A stretch of DNA of 63,009 nucleotides, the filler included, from Chiloscyllium plagiosum (lineage: Eukaryota): the NCBI RefSeq assembly GCF_004010195.1. It is 5 parts of one record of this genome, joined end to end, with 100 filler letters (N's around TTAATTAATTAA, not from the genome) between each part and the next. Parts side by side here need not be neighbours in the genome. Positions count along the whole stretch, not along the records: positions 56,619 to 63,009 come from NC_057716.1; 4 more parts are not named here. One strand, 5' to 3'. Every line of letters begins with the position of its first letter. The stretch's first letter is position 1. Shown in pieces: positions 62,762 through 63,009 of this stretch. The translations under genes and the position numbers were made by a program. The notes under the pieces are model-generated. The model was not told the origin of the DNA, searched no databases, and was given only the letters and a program-made list of their open reading frames with translations.

Positions 62762-63009
62762 GGAAAGTGAGGGCTGCAGATGCTGGAGATCAGAGCTGAA
62801 AATGTGTTGCTGGAAAAGCGTAGCAGGTCAGGCAGCATCCAAGGAACAGGAGAATCGACGTTTCGGGCATAAGCCCTTCTTCAGGAATGAGGAAAGTGTG
62901 TCCAGCAGGCTAAGATAAAAAGTAGGGAGGAGGGACTTGGGGGAGGGGCTTTGGAAATGCGATAGGTGGAGGGAGGTCAAGGTGAGGGTGATAGGCTGGA
63001 GTGGGGTGG
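62762..63009 (-). mobile_element. PLE terminal repeat running off the window; hammerhead motif at 62853-62888
   Basis: aaagtgagggctgcagatgctggagatcagagctg...; minus strand attc-CTGAAGA-a-gggc-ttat-gccc-GAAA-cg-TC-gatt. Confidence 0.88.

Noticed and set aside
1..63009. CRISPR arrays, operons or prokaryotic defence systems
   Set aside because: The sequence is eukaryotic; repeats are dispersed TEs with no repeat-spacer periodicity.

Overview
Vertebrate genomic DNA, almost certainly from a shark (inferred from HE1-type V-SINEs and elasmobranch-type CR1 LINEs), and dominated by transposable elements. These include many CR1 LINE fragments, Penelope-like elements (PLEs) and their short fold-back derivatives, a decayed Gypsy element, a Tx1-like and an L1-like LINE, a Rex1/Babar tail, three SINE families, a TA-flanked MITE and putative solo LTRs. 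The only host coding sequence I recognised is one 125-nt minus-strand exon of VPS8 (59123-59247), which the ORF track misses. Main points of interest: minimal hammerhead-ribozyme motifs in PLE termini, a set of TSD-flanked PLE hairpin insertions, a twin-priming-type inverted L1, a CR1 whose RT catalytic motif is replaced by an in-frame inversion, and a ~2.56 kb inverted duplication around a scaffold gap. Repeat boundaries were read by eye and are approximate (tens of bp) unless TSDs are given. Family names come from recalled consensus motifs, not database searches.
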